From positions 1-11,152 of the forward strand of contig CAZZXB010000061.1 of assembly GCA_964658025.1 (NCBI GenBank): a stretch of 11,152 bases of DNA, in the 5' to 3' direction. Both the position numbers and the translations under genes were made by a program. The notes below the pieces were generated by a model, which was not told the DNA's origin, did not search any database, and saw nothing but the letters and a program-made list of their open reading frames with translations. This document shows positions 9,001 through 11,152 of the stretch, piece by piece; position 1 is the stretch's first letter, and every line of letters starts with the position of its first letter. This DNA comes from an uncultured Janthinobacterium sp. Lineage in GTDB: Bacteria > Vulcanimicrobiota > Vulcanimicrobiia > Vulcanimicrobiales > Vulcanimicrobiaceae.

Positions 9001-9313
9001 TCACGTTCGCGCCGGTCAGGCTGTACGGATCGTATCCCGGAAGCTGGGCGCTGAGCGTGTACGTGTCGATGTCGACGCCGACGATCGCGAAGTGACCGTT
9101 CGCGTCGGTTTTGGACGTGTAATGCGAACTCGGCGAATTCGCCGCGATCGTCACGTTCGCGAGCGGCGCCTTCGTCTTGGCATCGGTGATCGTGCCGCTG
9201 ATCTGCCCGGTCGAAGCGGCGAGGGCACCGGAGTTCTCGCCGACCAGCGTGGACCCGAACACGGCGACGGTCAAAATCGCCGTCAGGATGCGCCGAAAAA
9301 ACACAGGCGACAA
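6038..9313 (-). CDS. TonB-dependent receptor-like outer-membrane beta-barrel with an N-terminal carboxypeptidase-regulatory-like domain (Oar/SusC-like architecture), 1091 aa
   Basis: TTG start with GGAAGG 8 nt upstream (alternative GTG at 9304). Signal peptide ends at ALA-A. GQISGTITDAKTKAPLANVTI...TDANGHFAIVGVDIDTYTLSAQLPGY fits the CarboxypepD_reg-like pattern. Plug motifs are LLSELPSV, LIRGG and SVEIIPGAGDATHGNTGTGLIAVTAKRG. Barrel motifs are YALYAQDTF, LLGLRLD, EPHVGLTYKL, GIEFEA and YGVSIANLFD. The C-terminus YVQAGF ends in the terminal Phe typical of outer-membrane barrels. Confidence 0.93.
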   Translation of the reverse strand: MSPVFFRRILTAILTVAVFGSTLVGENSGALAASTGQISGTITDAKTKAPLANVTIAANSPSSHYTSKTDANGHFAIVGVDIDTYTLSAQLPGYDPYSLTGANVTADEAYHFDVALVRPLRTIGRVVSRGRSITSAYQPDQTVDRYTVNAQGIEQLLGKTFNTNGKELLSELPSVTIDRNGTALIRGGTSFQGGFQFEGIDYSEPNRNLTDRFENVGSNYLLNGVGSVEIIPGAGDATHGNTGTGLIAVTAKRGTYPGFGSLDFEGGLVGSALQGGFEYGFATPNQRVSNYLSYTSENTDYQYGPYGTSATAILADPTTQDPNLSTIYTSGQRRIFTTAFFNKSRQTSRDFLDNFVFKFGRNGNQTLQFFVQNQNVHQDLDYGGYGLLTAIPQTIFFQNSLQFNPTGNTTNSLSLLNAPANFLQRFVTPTFGATPGGQLGSPETIDSPFSAYKIEYDNNIGSSTSLGVRYYRTDNAATQVLPSQGIYTSASGGIRRGLTADITRVVGPHNTVQVGGKYEFVTPFGQRTNYVDYTGAYEGQYTTVGPDFVNLGAFTHDILADYIKPAAGVNPFCVGYGPASNPVNAPPQEHCGYLYKYFPGGPPALPPETEVPTAQQQNYALYAQDTFAPNTRFRALLGLRLDGYNFLIPDDPQNPPAVDGVRHQRLYEPHVGLTYKLGNRDAVRANFGTTLITPLVTFIGNNIDRSDYAAFSNVPSYDSVTGKAATYCGPGKSISIAGSTYFSGTQTCANYGDQLYWLTRNARFADQNAITYPLRGSTFTNFDFSYSHEFKNGVAVKLTPFYRLGHDVVETSQTLLGIDGPTGTQQLSPEIQSNLGTQRATGIEFEATSPLRPSGLTGTISATYINQIGNDPPGEYLPTASVQLGELYRSPNLAPLQSTLALTYRTKWGLRVNPIVNFASGYPYGAGTYAAFTIDGQPYYVPYTDALLANAYAAILSSGTVNPQNPGTFTNPNLSALRGLESATSGPGSLLSHPQINTTLTIELTPQTGRKGLTYGVSIANLFDRVASLPFPNLSRNCVLVVTGLCSGDGSSSVVDTYHGGLTSVGSATTPYVVYPNQPPIAVRAYVQAGF

Positions 9314-9377
9314 GCGCGATGCCTTCCAAAAAACGAAAGTACCGCCGAGGTAGCACGAACGCTCCGCGGACCGGCCG

Positions 9378-9432
9378 ATGGTACGGTCCGAACCTTGTGA
9401 CGGGGTTAATCTCGCGTTATGAGGAGATTAAG
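9378..9432 (-). promoter_or_regulatory. Putative Pho-box-like 11-nt direct-repeat array and -10 element for the receptor operon
   Basis: The minus strand reads CTTAATCTCCT / CATAACGCGAG / ATTAACCCCGT (9432->9400) with exact 11-nt phasing. A candidate -10, TACCAT (9383->9378), places the last repeat over the -35 position. The 11-nt phasing is characteristic of OmpR/PhoB-family sites. Confidence 0.55.
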
Positions 9433-9563
9433 CGACGTCGGGCGGCGCCGTTCGCGATCGCCGCGCGTCGGCACCGCCGGAACGAAATAATCGATCGCCC
9501 CGCCCGATACGATCGTCCGCTTCGATCGCGTCGCGCGTCGGTCGGCTCGCGCATACCGAAGGT

Positions 9564-9601
9564 CTTAATGCACATTCATACGACGTTAATGAAGTGTGAA
9601 A
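9564..9601 (+). promoter_or_regulatory. Second Pho-box-like array, upstream of the DING/PstS gene
   Basis: CTTAAT(9564), ATTCAT(9574), GTTAAT(9585) and GTGAAA(9596) are spaced 10/11/11 nt apart. They form an AT-rich patch in GC-rich DNA, ~90-130 nt upstream of a phosphate-binding-protein gene. Confidence 0.45.
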
Positions 9602-9682
9602 GTCGGCACGGGCCCGAGCGTGCTATGAATGTGTCGCGTCGTCGCGATGCGACACGACTCATGCATTCTTGTTCGCACCTTC

Positions 9683-9688
9683 AGGAGA
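9683..9688 (+). promoter_or_regulatory. Ribosome-binding site AGGAGA
   Basis: AGGAGA-CATC-ATG(9693). Confidence 0.85.
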
Positions 9689-9692
9689 CATC

Positions 9693-11105
9693 ATGTCAAC
9701 TGTTATTCGCCGCGTTCTCGCCGCGTCGATCCCCGCCGCGCTGCTCGCGAGCGGCACGATGGCCACGAGCGCCGCGCCCGGCATCCGCGCGCTTCCGCGC
9801 GGCGTCGTGCCTCTGGGTGGCCGTCCGTTCGGCGTCCGTCCCTTCGCTTCTTCGACGACGTTGTACGCCGGCGGCGCCACGCTGCCGATCATCGGCTACG
9901 TCGGCAAGGCCGTCGGTTCGGGGAGCTCTTCGCTTCCGGTCGCCGGATCGGGTTCGATCTTCGCCTACTTCGGAACGCTTTCGAGCGGCGCGCCGATCGA
10001 TTATTGCGCGACCGGAAGCGGTAAGGGCAAGGGCGTTATCGACGGCCCGTCCGGCACCGTGAGCAATCCGTGCGCGAACGCGGCGTCGGGTGCAACGGGC
10101 ACGGTCGGCTTCAATCCCGGCACGACCGCGATCACGCCGTTCCCGGCCTTTGCCGGAACCGACTCGCCGCTCGCGCAGAGCGATTACTCGACCTTCGTGA
10201 CCGACGCGGGCGGTCGCGTCGAACCGACGCAGATCCCGACGATCGTCGGCTCGGTCGGCATCTACTATCACAACTCGAGCATCTCGTCCTCGACGCAGGC
10301 GAAGGTGACGTCCGCGCAACTCTGCGGCATCGTGTCGGGCACCATCACGAATTGGAACCAACTCGGCTACCCGGCGAAGACGCTCAAACTCGTCTATCGT
10401 GCCGACGGTTCGGGCACGAGTTTCAGCTTCTCGAACCATCTCTCGGCGTACGCGAACGCGGCGTGCACGGGGCTCAACGCGAGCCAGCAATTCGCGCCCA
10501 CGGCGACGGTGACGTCGGGTACGGTCGTGAAGGCGGCTCCGCCCAACTCGATCGGCGCGAGCGGTAACGGCGGCGTCGCGTCGACGGTCGCGGCGAACGA
10601 CGGTGCGATCGGTTACGTCGAGACGGCGAACGCGATCGCCGCCGGCGTGACGAACAGCAAGCAACTCGCGCTCGTCGACGGCAAGGATGCGCTCAAGAAC
10701 CTCCCGCAGGCCGCGAATTCGATCCCGACCTCGGGGCTCCTCACGGATCGGGCGATCGTCGCCGGTAACGGTAAGGCGTCGACGACCGCGTTGACGGGCG
10801 TGTCGAAAGCCGGCTGCGTGCGCGTGTTCAATCCCCAAGCCTATTCGCTTCCCAGCGCCGGCTACCCGATCGTCGCCGTGACGAATCTGGTCTTCAACGA
10901 AGCCAATAACAACGCGAACAGCGCGGGATCCGTGACGGAACTCCGTTCGCTCGTCGGCGTCATCGAATCGTCGTCGAGTTACGGCTCGGGCAAGATCACG
11001 AAGGTCGATCCGGTTTCGAGCACCACGGGGACGACGGGTTACTCGGAACTCCCGACGGCGTTCGCTTCGACGCTCACGACCACCGCGACGAACTGCATCA
11101 ACTAA
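9693..11105 (+). CDS. Secreted DING-like / PstS-family phosphate-binding protein (~470 aa)
   Basis: ATG 9693 follows AGGAGA. It has a Sec-type signal peptide (cleavage ~TSA27-A28) and no lipobox. These motifs are collinear with DING/PstS proteins: LYAGGATLP, TGSGKGK, FAGTDSPL, QIPTIVGSVGIYY, QLCGIVSGTITNWNQL, LVYRADGSGTSFSFSNHL, GASGNGGV, GAIGYV and GYPIVAVTNLVF. Confidence 0.92.
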   Translation: MSTVIRRVLAASIPAALLASGTMATSAAPGIRALPRGVVPLGGRPFGVRPFASSTTLYAGGATLPIIGYVGKAVGSGSSSLPVAGSGSIFAYFGTLSSGAPIDYCATGSGKGKGVIDGPSGTVSNPCANAASGATGTVGFNPGTTAITPFPAFAGTDSPLAQSDYSTFVTDAGGRVEPTQIPTIVGSVGIYYHNSSISSSTQAKVTSAQLCGIVSGTITNWNQLGYPAKTLKLVYRADGSGTSFSFSNHLSAYANAACTGLNASQQFAPTATVTSGTVVKAAPPNSIGASGNGGVASTVAANDGAIGYVETANAIAAGVTNSKQLALVDGKDALKNLPQAANSIPTSGLLTDRAIVAGNGKASTTALTGVSKAGCVRVFNPQAYSLPSAGYPIVAVTNLVFNEANNNANSAGSVTELRSLVGVIESSSSYGSGKITKVDPVSSTTGTTGYSELPTAFASTLTTTATNCIN

Positions 11106-11152
11106 CGGCGTTTCGTCTCGTCGGTTCGCTTCTAACCGAAGCGGCGGTGGGG

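Noticed and set aside
9344..9354. GCCGAGGTAGC resembling a tRNA-Phe 5' end, and TTCGATCCCG at 10718-10727 matching the T-loop, as possible att sites
   Set aside because: The matches are only 10-11 nt. The true tRNA 5' end is outside the window, the second match is inside a CDS, and no integrase is present.
2023..9400. Long Arg-rich ORFs (e.g. 2023..3873 +, 2138..3418 -, 5190..6092 +, 6818..8047 +, 8108..8956 +) and the N-terminal extensions of ORFs 2197..5292 and 4503..7544
   Set aside because: These are alternative-frame or antisense shadows of the three real operon genes and have no recognisable motifs.
6020..9720. RR pairs in three signal peptides (FFRRIL, IVRRIV, VIRRVL) as Tat signals
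   Set aside because: They lack the S/T-R-R-x-F-L-K context, and outer-membrane barrels use Sec. They are best read as ordinary basic n-regions.
9696..10838. 380-aa minus-strand ORF, and the plus-strand ORFs 9319..10062 and 10070..10567
   Set aside because: They are shadows of the DING gene or run through its promoter region.
11121..11145. Hairpin CGCTTC-TAACC-GAAGCG after the DING stop as a terminator
   Set aside because: The stem is short, there is no U-tract, and the window ends immediately after. Read-through to downstream genes cannot be excluded.

Overview
GC-rich (~65-70%) bacterial window. It starts with the 3' part of a tRNA-Phe(GAA) gene and a strong terminator hairpin. Two small minus-strand envelope genes follow: a Pro/Thr-linker lipoprotein and a lower-GC secreted hypothetical protein. 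The core is a divergent locus. On the minus strand is a three-gene operon joined by TGATG stop/start overlaps: a 1091-aa TonB-dependent receptor-like outer-membrane protein, a 511-aa lipoprotein, and a 768-aa lipoprotein with a probable beta-propeller. On the plus strand is a 470-aa secreted DING/PstS-family phosphate-binding protein with its phosphate-ligand motifs intact. The shared intergenic region has two arrays of TTAA-like hexamers at 10-11-nt spacing that resemble Pho boxes. My main hypothesis (inference) is a phosphate-starvation-induced outer-membrane scavenging system built from a DING protein, a TonB-dependent receptor and surface lipoproteins. The protein style and CGATCG enrichment suggest an Eremiobacterota-like organism, but this is unverified. 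No database searches were run.
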